Shown here: piece after piece, positions 1 to 10,848 of the stretch
Numbering within the stretch: position 1 is the stretch's first letter
Layout: the number at the start of each line of letters is the position of its first letter
Assembly: GCA_010093605.1 (NCBI GenBank)
Contig: MU004199.1
Coordinates: forward strand, 62,001 to 126,000
From: Lophium mytilinum
Lineage: Eukaryota
DNA length: 64,000 bases
Direction of reading: 5' to 3'
Position numbers and translations under genes: made by a program
Notes under the pieces: generated by a model
The model's input: the letters and a program-made list of their open reading frames with translations, nothing else
Database searches by the model: none
What the model was told of the DNA's origin: nothing

Positions 1-304
1 GAGAGATCTAACATAGTATAACCATTATCGAAATATCCTCATGAGATTTAAATTTCTACTCTTCTTAAGCCGTCAAAACTCACCCAACTCACATACACTG
101 TCTCTAAAATGAGAAGCTATGAACTCTCCGTAGTGATTCTTTCAGAAAAACACTTAATCCCTTCCCCCGCACCGCGCCAACTCAGCCAGTTCGATCCATC
201 TTCTTTTGTACGTCCATGTCCTATTTCGTGCCATGGCAAATAGAATTGATGGAGGCGCTCTCAACCAGCCATTTTTAGCCGACCTCGTGCTTCACCCGCT
301 CCTA

Positions 305-532
305 CAGTACTAAGCCATAAGTCTGGGCACATAGATCTTTCTCTGCTTTGCTTTAATGGTACTTACTCGACACAACTGTAGGGGGTAGCCTGGCTGCTAA
401 GCAGCGTGTTAGTCAAGAGGCAGTCTAATCTATAATGCTTGAAACTTGACATCGCCCTTGGATCTTCGAAATCCTTAGGGAGCGCCACAAGTAGTGGCGA
501 ACTAGGGTGCCCAGACTTATGGTCTATTACTG
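305..532. mobile_element. MITE copy 1 (Tc1/mariner-type, ~228 bp)
   Basis: Left TIR CAGTACTAAGCCATAAGTCTGGGCAC (305-330) preceded by TA; right TIR GTGCCCAGACTTATGGTCTATTACTG (507-532). No coding capacity; interior recurs at ~13.5, 24.1 and 27.4 kb. Confidence 0.8.
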
Positions 533-716
533 TGCCATTAAGAAGATGGAAAGCGTCGTTGGCCGCTTCATCGTGAGCGGTACAGTACTATGACATATGT
601 TTGGGCACCTGAAGATACCACTGCTTCGGCTTCACTCTTGCTCAATCAACACCACCGTAAGGGAATACCCTAGCTAGTAGGTGTTTCTTTTGTCAAGAAA
701 TAGCCTGGTACTCACG

Positions 717-1895
717 CTACTGCTTCCTACCCACGCTCCAGCCGACCTTCATTTGAGTCTCGCAACCCAGCTCCACAGAGTTTTTGACGAGGTCTTCATC
801 CAGAACGACCTCTCCCTTGGGGTACAACACAATGACTGTGCTGCCACCGTACAAGAACCTCCCAAGACACTGGCCTCTCTTGACCTCAGCACCAATCTTT
901 GATGCTGGGACGTACTGAATGCTGCCCACCAACATAGCACCGACAGCAATGATGGCAATAGGCGCTCCGGTTGAGGATCGACGCAGCGTCATAACCGACC
1001 GCCTATTCTCGCAAAATACGTCCAACGTCCCGGGCTCGTTGATCGCCTGCGGGTTCACCGTATAATACGTTCCAGGGATCTCGTTGATCTGCTCCACCGT
1101 CCCATCCACCGGCGCATGCCAGCGATGATAGTCCTGCGGCGCCAGCCTCGCAATCACAATCGAGCCGCCATCAAACTGCCTAGCCAGCTCTTCACTCCCC
1201 ACCAACTTAGGAATCGAGAACCCGAACCCCTTGATCCAGTACTTCGTCGCCAGATCCACCGTCTGAAACGCCGTTAGCCTACAATCCGCCACACTACTCG
1301 TGACCCCCTCATCTCCCGGTGCCGCCACCGGCCTCGCCGCCTCTTTGATCTCCCGCGCAAAGAACTCGTTGAACGTCGGATACTGCATAGGGTCCTCTAC
1401 CACCATGTCTTTCATGGAATCCTGCAAGCCGAAGCTGTCAATGAACGGCTGGATATGCGCCTTGCTCTCCGGACTGTCGTACTCCCGCCCCATCTTCTCC
1501 GACTGCTCCTTTAGTAGCTCCAGCGTCCGCGACCAATGCAGCGCCTTCTCCTGTGTCGACCCGTAGTACAGCAGGTGCATGCCGATGCGCACGTACACGC
1601 TCATCGCTTCGAACGTCTTCTGCCCCGTGGCGCGGTCGATCACGTAGTTGCCCATGTGGAACTTGGCCTCGAGCTTCTCAAGCGTCGCGGTAGTTGCTGC
1701 GGTGGGGAAATGCTTTACGAGCCAGGCGTGCGAGGAGGGTTGGTCGCCGGGGGCGTGGAGATGTTGCTCCGGGGGCGACGAGTGGTTGGCGGCGGCGTCG
1801 GTTAGGCCATTGAGGGCGCTGGCTGTCGCGGACCAGCCGGCGTGGTCGAGCGTGGAAGAGTCCTCTTGTGTTGGGTTGGGGGGTTGGGATGCCAT
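717..1895 (-). CDS. Phosphatidylserine decarboxylase family protein (pyruvoyl-dependent), intronless
   Basis: Motifs YPTFNEFFAREIK, SVADCRL, RLAPQDYHRWHAPVDG, AVGAMLVGSI and the autocleavage motif YGGSTV. First ATG at 1895. Confidence 0.9.
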   Translation of the reverse strand: MASQPPNPTQEDSSTLDHAGWSATASALNGLTDAAANHSSPPEQHLHAPGDQPSSHAWLVKHFPTAATTATLEKLEAKFHMGNYVIDRATGQKTFEAMSVYVRIGMHLLYYGSTQEKALHWSRTLELLKEQSEKMGREYDSPESKAHIQPFIDSFGLQDSMKDMVVEDPMQYPTFNEFFAREIKEAARPVAAPGDEGVTSSVADCRLTAFQTVDLATKYWIKGFGFSIPKLVGSEELARQFDGGSIVIARLAPQDYHRWHAPVDGTVEQINEIPGTYYTVNPQAINEPGTLDVFCENRRSVMTLRRSSTGAPIAIIAVGAMLVGSIQYVPASKIGAEVKRGQCLGRFLYGGSTVIVLYPKGEVVLDEDLVKNSVELGCETQMKVGWSVGRKQ

Positions 1896-2944
1896 TGTGA
1901 AGGTAGGTATGCTCTTTAAGCGCGTAGGCGGTGGGGGAAGTATATGGTCAAATCGATTCAATGGCTTCGTCAATGGATGCCAAAGGGGAATTGATAAAGG
2001 TAAAGGTGCCAAGGAGCTTGAGAAGGCTTATATGGTGGAGTCGGCAGGGGAAACTTCCAATGTCGATGATGTTCCAATCTGAACCTGATTTACGCACCGA
2101 ATGCTCTTTGGGTGATTGACGTCAGGCGGGGATGCTGCTAAGCCTTTCCTCACTAAGTTAGATTCCACTGCATTTTAATCACCCTCTGGCCTCTAAGTTT
2201 CCAAATCCGGTACACAGTACATACCTTGGAATCGCCATCTATTGCCCTCACAAAACAAAGACGTGGGAACAAGACGTAGGAATGACGTTTCTTTCATTCC
2301 AGGTTTCTAGTAACCTGTTCCTTCCATCCACTTGCAAAATAAGACTCCACGGCTACGAAAACCATTCTCACTCCCCCTTCCCTTGCAAGTAGTGAGAAAT
2401 GAACGAGTAGAGTGATATTAGTCTATTCATTGATGTACCCGGGAAATAAAAACGTGAAACTTGTTCTGGCCAAAGAAGAGACGAAGCTTTTATCCTTTCG
2501 AAGTGGGCGCAAAGGCAGACGGGTGAGCGATACCCGTTAGTATCAAGACTTCACGATGGGTCGAGGTTTGATTCGTTTTGATGCATCGGTAGGCCGGTGA
2601 GGGTACCCGAGACGGACTAAAGATGAAATCCACAACGATGATGAGATAATTGGATTCTGAGGTTGCGGTAATAGTGCAGCTAGCCCAATCCAATCAAAGG
2701 TGCGGATATCCGGCTTGACGATTGAGAGGATACTACCAGAGTGTCGGTCAGAATGAATGGAACTCGTTTTCCAAGTTTTAAACTTCATTTCCTTAGCGTT
2801 CACTATACTCCAGTAAGTTGGTCTTCCCTTAGATTCTAATCCAATGCCATTACAAATTTGAATACTAACTTCAGAGAATCAAGCGGTAATATCGGAACTA
2901 CTGACCTTCATTACATCCACAACGTAAAGTCACTTAGGGAGATC

Positions 2945-3754
2945 CTAAGCATTAGGAATATCCATGATCTGAAAATGCGCATCCATGGGCTTGCCCCCAT
3001 TAATACTCAACACATCCTGCGGACACGAGCTCATCACAACCACCAAATCCCTCTCCGCCCAAAGCGCCACATAGTCTCCCTCCTTCGTAAGCGGAGCCTC
3101 AAAACTAATACCTCTCTTCGCCCCCTCTCCTTCCTCCGTAACCGGAATATTCATAAACAAATTGAAGGGATCCGGGACCCGCCCACCCCACCGTGCCTGC
3201 AGACCAAGTAACCCATCCACCACCTCTTTCTCCGCATCCGTCTCTTTCGGCAGCGATAGCGCAAGCTTCTCCAACGCGTCCCAGCAATTATCCGTGCATG
3301 ACTCGTGGTACGTCGTCACGCCCAACTCGCTATACCGCCACCGATCGCACGCCGCGATCAGGGTATCGTGCACACCAGGACTCGTGTCCTCCACAAGCGT
3401 CAACATCGGCGCTCGCTTCTGGCTCCGCAGTGTATCTCCGATTTCGGGTGTGAGCTTCAGCAGCGAAGCACGAGTGTGGCACATGGACATGTACTCGGGG
3501 GCGGCAGCGGCTGTGTTGGCGGCAACGGAGTAGGCGGTTGCTGGGGCGGAGAGAGCGGCGGGGAAGATTGGAGCATCGGTGGTTGGGAGGGATGATGAGG
3601 GGAGGGCGAAGGCCCAGGTGTCGACGACTTGGTGGCCGGAGGTGTTAATGACTTTGATGGTTTGGCCGGCGCGGAGGATAGTCGCTGCGCCGCGGCGAGC
3701 GGGAATGAGGTTGAGGGAGGGTTCTTGGGGCTTTTCTTGGGTGGTTTGAGGCAT
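2945..3754 (-). CDS. DUF1989 / urea-carboxylase-associated family protein
   Basis: Motifs GHQVVDTWAF, EDTSPGVHDTLIAACD, HESCTDN, PDPFNLFMNIPV, MSSCPQD. Confidence 0.85.
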   Translation of the reverse strand: MPQTTQEKPQEPSLNLIPARRGAATILRAGQTIKVINTSGHQVVDTWAFALPSSSLPTTDAPIFPAALSAPATAYSVAANTAAAAPEYMSMCHTRASLLKLTPEIGDTLRSQKRAPMLTLVEDTSPGVHDTLIAACDRWRYSELGVTTYHESCTDNCWDALEKLALSLPKETDAEKEVVDGLLGLQARWGGRVPDPFNLFMNIPVTEEGEGAKRGISFEAPLTKEGDYVALWAERDLVVVMSSCPQDVLSINGGKPMDAHFQIMDIPNA

Positions 3755-4355
3755 TTTGGGCGAAAATAGGGAATGTTTGATATATTTGAGGGAGGGAGCG
3801 CGGAGCTTAAGTTGGGAGAGAAATGGCGCTTGGATTTTTTCAGAATACTAGCAAGTAGAGAATATGGTATTATCGAGCACAGGAGTGGGTGTTGATAGAG
3901 ACAAATTGGAAAAGAAATAATGCGTTACCTGAAAAGTGGTGTCTGGAGATAAGCTATAGGATTAGAGACCTTGTACGTGCGAGTCAGTCATGACCCCGCG
4001 ATGCTATGACATAATGAGGGGCAGAACCGCGAGCCTTGCCCTCATTTCTCGTTCACCCTCGTATGTACCGGTCGCGTAGTGATCATTCTTTCCAGGGGAC
4101 ACTTATATCATCGTGAAATACGTGCCGATTGGTCAATCGAATTTCCGAATTAGGACATTCCGCCAAGAGCGGGAGGCTATGATGGGCCAATGTAAACCTC
4201 ACGTCACTAGCTAGTCATGGTGTTGCACTCTTATGCACAAAGTGCTGGCATATATTGAATAGTAACCAGGTTATAAGGCTCAAAGACACTTTCCCAATCA
4301 AAACTTCCATCGTCGCAGTAGTGACCCCCAGATGTAGGAACATACGTCATGTCGT

Positions 4356-5501
4356 TCAGAACATCTCTTCGATGGGCCTCCCCTCCCTCTCGGCACACAG
4401 CTCAAGCCTGACCCCAATGATGTTGATCAATAGCTGCTCCCATCCATACTGGCCCATCAAGTGATCTGCCTCCGCATTCGTAAGACCTCCGAACTGTCTC
4501 TCCTTCTTGATCCAATAGTGAGCTGGGATGAAGGTTTGCCTAAGCTGGGCACGGATGAGGGTGTAGTTGACCGCTGTCTGCAAAAGGTTCTTTAGCTGGG
4601 TGTACCGCTGTGCATCGGCTAATCCTCGAGCATCCTCATATCTCCAATGGATGACGAGATAAGGGTTCAACTCTGACGCGATCTTTGAAAACAGCAGGTC
4701 CCTTACAACGTACGGCCTATCTGTTCTAGCCCCGTGTATAATTGGTGTGCGGCAAAGCTTCGCAAATGTTTCCTTGACTTCGTCGATTACGAGGCGAAAC
4801 TCCTTGAGTGTTTGAGGCCCCGGGATCCCCATTCGTCTACGGATCAACTGGGCCGCCAGTTCGAACTCTGTGTGGAAGTCGTGCAAGAGGATAGCAAGCG
4901 GCTGGTTTCGATTAAGGGGTCGGCCGAGAATATCGTCTACTAGCATGCCGTTGAACCAGCTTTCGCGGATTTCTAGTACGCAGGCGACGAACGGAGACTT
5001 CGTCCACTGCCGCCGACATAATGGACAGTCGTTGAAGCTTTGGAAGTGCGTCTTGATACAACTCCTGCCAAAGACATGTTTGCATGGCGAGGGCAGTCGA
5101 ATGGCGTCGTGGTGCTGCGAAGGATCGTATGATGCTGTGGACGTCCCTGCCTTTGTTTCGTCTTCATTTGACTGTGTATCCCCTTCGTCAATAGGGCCAT
5201 ACCTATCTAGGCAGATGATGCAGGTTCGTTCGTTTTCGGGGAGGTATGTTGGTAGAATGCCGGGAACCCCATCAAGATAACATTGGATTCCTAGCCTAGA
5301 GAATGGTGGCTGCCATGGATGTGGTAAAGGTGTTGCGTCAGTCACCGAGCCGGGCGCTGGAAGCTTTGGAGCAGGCACTTGACGGTGGATGAGGGCATCG
5401 TCAATCCCGGGGCGTAAACCTAGAACAGAGTCCTCGAGGGCGAGCTGTTCTAAAGTCTGGCGGTATTCTAGGTGTCCAGGACAATAATTAGCCATTGTCA
5501 C
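4356..5501 (-). CDS. RING-finger domain protein (putative E3 ligase)
   Basis: 381-aa intronless ORF with CIIC...CKHVFGRSC...CPLCR. Confidence 0.75.
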   Translation of the reverse strand: MTMANYCPGHLEYRQTLEQLALEDSVLGLRPGIDDALIHRQVPAPKLPAPGSVTDATPLPHPWQPPFSRLGIQCYLDGVPGILPTYLPENERTCIICLDRYGPIDEGDTQSNEDETKAGTSTASYDPSQHHDAIRLPSPCKHVFGRSCIKTHFQSFNDCPLCRRQWTKSPFVACVLEIRESWFNGMLVDDILGRPLNRNQPLAILLHDFHTEFELAAQLIRRRMGIPGPQTLKEFRLVIDEVKETFAKLCRTPIIHGARTDRPYVVRDLLFSKIASELNPYLVIHWRYEDARGLADAQRYTQLKNLLQTAVNYTLIRAQLRQTFIPAHYWIKKERQFGGLTNAEADHLMGQYGWEQLLINIIGVRLELCAEREGRPIEEMF

Positions 5502-7073
5502 CCCTGAACAGCCCGACTTCAGTCGCGGAATATAAGATAGGGATAATTTCAGAAATGGTAGTGGTGGTGGTGGTAGACTAAGAATGTTTGAAGAAAGGAA
5601 TAAGTGCCGAGTACGTGCGTTCAGGGAGAATATATAGGCGCGCTGTAGCCGTAGTAGTGAATCTCCGGATCAACTTTTAATTTCGCGATAACTAGAGAAC
5701 GGGTTCAATAGTCCCCGCTACTATGCGAAAGCCCGCAAGCTATCCGCCAACCATCGGATTAACGGATGACTCGGCTAGTAAGGTGGGATATTGGGAGCAT
5801 CTCGGCCTAAGAAAAAGCCTGTGATGAATAGATTAGTAACGGCACAAAACGACCGTTATGTACACCAAGTGTCCATCGTTCTATACTAGATCAGTCATTA
5901 TCGCTCCGAAGTATCTTGAGATAGACCGAATAGTTATTTGGCGACTATGAAGCACTTATATATCGCTAAAATTGATTGCTAATGGTAAAACCGGTTGCTT
6001 GAGAGAGTTGACCAAGGTGGCATTCTTGTCTGGAGTTTGATAGCTGAGTGCCTAATGCACTACTTCTGGACCGAGTGCACAAGGAGTATATCACTACTTG
6101 AGTGCTGATTTTGGAGGCTGAACGGCACTGTCAGGAGAGCTCCAGCTGCCCGGTTCCTGGCTGGCTAAATGGTAACCAGATCTGCACTTCGTGTCTTTCA
6201 CATCGCGGTCAGAAGTTTGAAATTCACTCGGGGCACCCCAAAGCGTGTCAAACAGGGGTGCTCGCCTACCACGGTATCTCAAACGTTCACTATACGTCAT
6301 ATGAACAGGACACCATGTCATGAGTTCATCAGCATACCAATCTAGTGCTGCTATCACTAAGAGGCCCTCCTTTGTATCCTCAGGGCCATTTCTACGGATT
6401 TTCTTCCAGTTTGTAACAGCTATGTGCATTTGAGGGGAATCGCGGGAGCACCTCAACGACTCAAGTACGTTATTGATATAAGCAGTCCCGCGGGCCGCTG
6501 TACCCCTGGCCTCCTTCATAACGATATGATGGAGCTAAGTCAAGTAATGGAAGGAATTGAAATGAGCCATCATTAAACGAGCACGACTGTTCGTCACTAC
6601 TTAGAGAAGTGCGGCGGATCTTGTATGGTAATATGATGTAAAAGAAGACGCGGTGATAGTTAGGCTGCTTCTCAGCTGAACTTGACTGGGAACTCGCTGG
6701 TTAGGCCCCTTCTCACAGTCGCGTTAAGTAAACAAAAGCCGAGCTTCAGTACAGATACCGGTGTACTCAGATCGGTAGTCTGCTCGTGCAGGTACAAGAT
6801 GACCCGAAGCTTCCAGCATAGCTTCTACTAGAATTGTCTTTTTGCTTCCATGAGATCTATTAGACTTGGTATGGTTAGACTGTGCATAAAGCCAAGGTAA
6901 GGACGATGTTGACATCATAGGCTGAGTCGCGGGGGTTTTAGCTAGTGAACATTCACCAACGACTGAAGTCACATCATTTAGCCTCAGAGCGAACTGCTTA
7001 CTTAGCTACAACCCGCAAGCGCACACAACCACCCACAACATTAAGTTCATCTTCCAAACTTACCACCGACACT

Positions 7074-8462
7074 ATGCCTGATCCCAATGGGCCAGCAGCC
7101 GCAACAGATGGCACATTGGCCGAGTCATCATCACTGCCTTTCCGCCAGATTATACCCTCGGTATTTTCTGAGGAGCCGTCCAAGACTCTAGAGAGACCAA
7201 TAGTATCCGCGAAACAACCCGAACCGACCCGTTCGCAGTCTCCCGCAGGTTCGACGCCGGCGAGACCACAGCATGCCGGGAACCAAGCCAAGACGCACGT
7301 CGAGCTAGATCTTGACGGAATAGACAAAGCTCTGGCTTCCATCGGTATCAAGGACAGTGCCACGATAGCTACTACCAACGTCATAACAGGGACGCCTTCC
7401 TCGACCGCGCTCATCATAGTGCCTGGATCTGGGTCCGCCGCTGCAATACCTTGCACTGCGGCAGCGGCTCAAGAAACCAACCAAAGCCATACCCTTAGGG
7501 GAACTCCGGCCACCTTTGTTCCGTATATAGAAGAAGCACTAGAAGGGACCACACAGCATTATCAAACCATCACTATGCACCCTTTCTATCGAAACTCTTC
7601 TCTTGAGGAACTGCGTCTGAGAGACTATTCGAACTCACGTATCTATGGGCCCGGATCATCTACTATCTCCCTGCAACCCCATCCTGGCAACTTCTTCGGC
7701 GGTGCCCGTGTCGCAGAGCCTCTCTTCCCACCAGCGCCTGTGTCTGGCTTTGGCCCATCTCAAACGACACTCTTCGGCCTCTTCCAGGATCCATTTGGTT
7801 CTGGCCGCGGCGTCTCCGGCCCCATAATCACCCTGCAGATTCCGGCTTCGAACCCGTCTGGATCAATCACGGAGCAGCACGTTCATCTGAGTCTGGCACT
7901 ACAGTCTCCATATCTACGTATCATGCTACTTGGCCGCTTGGTACACCCCTCGTCTCCATCCAATTCGACGCTAAAGCTCGACCTAGAGACGCCTGAGATC
8001 GTCGACATGGCGATTCAGTTCCTCTATACTGGATCAGTCACCCTCAAACTTCTCCGTTCTTCTACCGAACTCGAAGCCCTGCGCCGCAAGCTTAGTGTCT
8101 TGGAAACACTCAAACTTTGCCGCCTTTGGCTCCTCGCTGTGAAGTTGAGAATGCCGAAGCTACAGAACGAAGCGATTAGACTGCTCTGGGTCAAGTTAGG
8201 CCTTGATCCGGGCGTGCCAGACTTGCAACAAATGACCCTTAGCTCGGCAACTATAGACTGGGTGTATTCAAAGACGGCGCCTGATGATGCGCTGAGACGG
8301 CTGGTTGTGACGGTGTTCTCGATTAGAACAAAACCTAGTATGGTGAAGCAAGGCTTGAAAGCTGGCGAATATCAAATTCTGAGTCTCGAGTTCTGGAGGG
8401 AAGCATGGATGGTCGACCGGGACGCCGCGTTGGGTGTGAAGGAATTCTACGTAGAGGAATAG
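7074..8462 (+). CDS. BTB/POZ-like protein with Nup98-type GLEBS motif and FG-like motifs
   Basis: ATG at 7074 (MPDPNG). GLEBS-like HYQTITMHPFYRNSSLEELRLRDY; fungal BTB signature HVHLSLALQSPYL...PEIVDMAIQFLYTG...LCRLWLLAVKLRMPKLQNEAI. Confidence 0.8.
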   Translation: MPDPNGPAAATDGTLAESSSLPFRQIIPSVFSEEPSKTLERPIVSAKQPEPTRSQSPAGSTPARPQHAGNQAKTHVELDLDGIDKALASIGIKDSATIATTNVITGTPSSTALIIVPGSGSAAAIPCTAAAAQETNQSHTLRGTPATFVPYIEEALEGTTQHYQTITMHPFYRNSSLEELRLRDYSNSRIYGPGSSTISLQPHPGNFFGGARVAEPLFPPAPVSGFGPSQTTLFGLFQDPFGSGRGVSGPIITLQIPASNPSGSITEQHVHLSLALQSPYLRIMLLGRLVHPSSPSNSTLKLDLETPEIVDMAIQFLYTGSVTLKLLRSSTELEALRRKLSVLETLKLCRLWLLAVKLRMPKLQNEAIRLLWVKLGLDPGVPDLQQMTLSSATIDWVYSKTAPDDALRRLVVTVFSIRTKPSMVKQGLKAGEYQILSLEFWREAWMVDRDAALGVKEFYVEE

Positions 8463-8834
8463 GTAATAGGGAGCAGGGCAATTTTTCAGCGAGTCGGATT
8501 GACTGGTGTAACCCCGATTGTGAGGTGGTAAAGATCGGTTCAGATATGGGTTTCGAAGCCTTTTGTTGCAACCATTTGCGGTGTATCTGTATGAGACTAC
8601 AAAGAGGGTAATGCTAGAACGTAGCCTCGAAACTGGGAGACGACATTCCTCCTTCTGCTGGCAGACACTTAGAGTGAGGATACCTCTGTAAAATATCACC
8701 GTTCGGGTACTAGAACCTGAATTCATAATTGGGCCATGGACGTAAGGGCAGTAGAAATGGGTTTAAATAGATTCTATGACGAAAGCCGAAGAGAATCGTG
8801 CATACACAAGACCTATTCAACATTTTCCACAGGC

Positions 8835-9857
8835 TTACTCCTTAACATAAAAAGACCGAATCTTGATCCCCAATGCCGCAAAGTCCTTTGATGCGATACA
8901 CATATCCTGCCATAGCTCGATAGGCAATTTACCATACCCAGTTCCACCTGCACCTGGTTCCAGGCCTTTCTTCAAGTCCTTCTGCTTCACGCGATCCTGG
9001 AATATAGCACTCATCAACCGGCGTAACGCTGATCCACACTCCGTTTTTTCATACATCCACTTCAACGTCGCAATACTAGGCGTCATCTGATCCATTTCAG
9101 GCAAGTTTTCATAGTAGCCCAGCTTCAGGCACAGGAGCCGGGTAGCCTCATTCTGCAATTTCGGAAGCTGGACTTTGGCTGCCATGACCCAGAGACGACA
9201 GCTCTTCGGTATATCAGGACGCATGAGCCTCGTACGGCTGATCGTCATCAGGTCAGAAGTTCCTGTGGAAATTCGGAGGTTGCGGGTGATGCCGATAGAG
9301 TTACGTTACAGGAATTCCAACATCCACAGCACTATATCTTCGGATTCAAGGTCGAAGTCCAGCACGATCCGACTGGTGGGGTGAACGCCTTCGAGTCGGT
9401 CTCTCAACTTGGCGTGGAGGAAGGGGACTTGTAAAGCGAGGTTAATATGGGTGTGTATCTCCACCGCTTCTGACTTGGGCGACTCTACAGGAACGCGGAG
9501 CATAAGAAATAGGCCGGTCAAAGGGTGATCAGAATCCAAGGCCGGTCGGGTAAAGCCAAAGAGCGTCGGGAGAGGGGTTATTTCGCTTCTAGCTGACGTA
9601 GAGGCGGCCGGAAATAGAAGCCCAAAGGGTGGTAACTGTGTTTCATTAGGCGTCTCGTTGTTCACGAAATAATTGTCTGCCCCAAAGAGGTTGGATCGCG
9701 GTGGCTGAACTGGGCGTGGGTTTGATCCACCACCAAAAGAGAACATTTTGGCACCTTGTTGAGCTACCCCTAGCTCGGGTGATGAAGGATGTGGATCTCC
9801 GGGTGGCGTTTCAGCTGGTGAGTTGGAGACCGCTCCTTGGGATTCGAATTCCGACAC
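8835..9857 (-). pseudogene. Paralogue of the adjacent BTB gene, interrupted by an in-frame TAA (9306-9308)
   Basis: ORFs 9306-9857 and 8835-9248 are in the same frame and align with the 7074-8462 protein (LALQ.P.L, DLE...IV, PKLQNEA.RLL, ALRRL, FYV.E). The stop sits at the Tyr of FLY; the ORF begins at GTG. Confidence 0.7.
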
Positions 9858-10848
9858 ACTAACGGTCTCCCCAGACTCTCACGTGCGGTGAGAATCTGGC
9901 ATACTGGCGCTTGATTGAAGAGACGTACACGAGGAAAATACTTAGGAAACGTCCATGTATTTGAGATCTGTTTGCTCTTTCGAGCAAAGCGTTGCAGAAC
10001 CTTTTCATAAGTTCTCCATGTTTGCCCATGTTATGCAATTCATGCCGTTTGCGAGGTATCTCGCTGACCTCAAGGGTAAGTTCTAGAAGTGATACCATTT
10101 GGCTGCTAGTCAAACGTAATTTGGAATAGTGGGCATAGCAGACACAGAATGAGACGAATTAAGATGCTATAGCGACCCACCCGCTGGGGCAGGGTAATAG
10201 CCCAAGAAGCTGAAATCGTAATTCAGAGCTCTGGCATAAAGGATCGTATGTAGGTGAGCAAGGTTGAGACGCCCCGGACGGTGCTAGAATAGAACAAACA
10301 CGCGATGTAAGTTGATCAATGAAGTAGAGGCACCAGGGGATGTTTTTGGCTGGGCAGCATGAACTAGAGGGCAAGCATCAGAGGACTGCAGTAGTGCTGG
10401 CAAGGCTGAGGTACCTCAGATGGTGTCTGGGCAATGTAAAAACTACGATAAAAGCTTATCAGTGGAAACTACCCGCAGACGTTCTAGCCTACGCCGGCAT
10501 TGTTCATTAAAGACACTACTCCTCGACATAAAAACACCGGATGTCAAATACCTCTTCCTCGAGTATGCCCGGCGTCTCTTCAGTCACTTTTCAAACGGTA
10601 ATGGCTTCCACAGGAGTTCATCGCAAATCGTTGCATTGCGGAACCCACGGTTCATAAAGTTCGGCAAAGCCTGGCCCCTGCCCGTGGCTTGCGGCAGGAA
10701 AGAATATCTAACCCTCTACATGCTGTCCATTTGGCAGTGAAATCCGTCTATAGGCTCGAAATTATATTCTGTCAATTATCTTACTATCATTCCTAGTTAT
10801 TAGAAGCTCGCAGAATAATAAAACGGTACTCAATGCCGCATGTCTCCC

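Noticed and set aside
6094..6519. 141-aa ATG ORF between the RING and BTB genes
   Set aside because: No recognisable motif or coding-type composition; cannot be supported.
9263..9309. Possible GT-AG intron removing the BTB paralogue stop
   Set aside because: 47 nt with no branch site; splicing shifts the frame into a stop, and the unspliced frame aligns with the paralogue.
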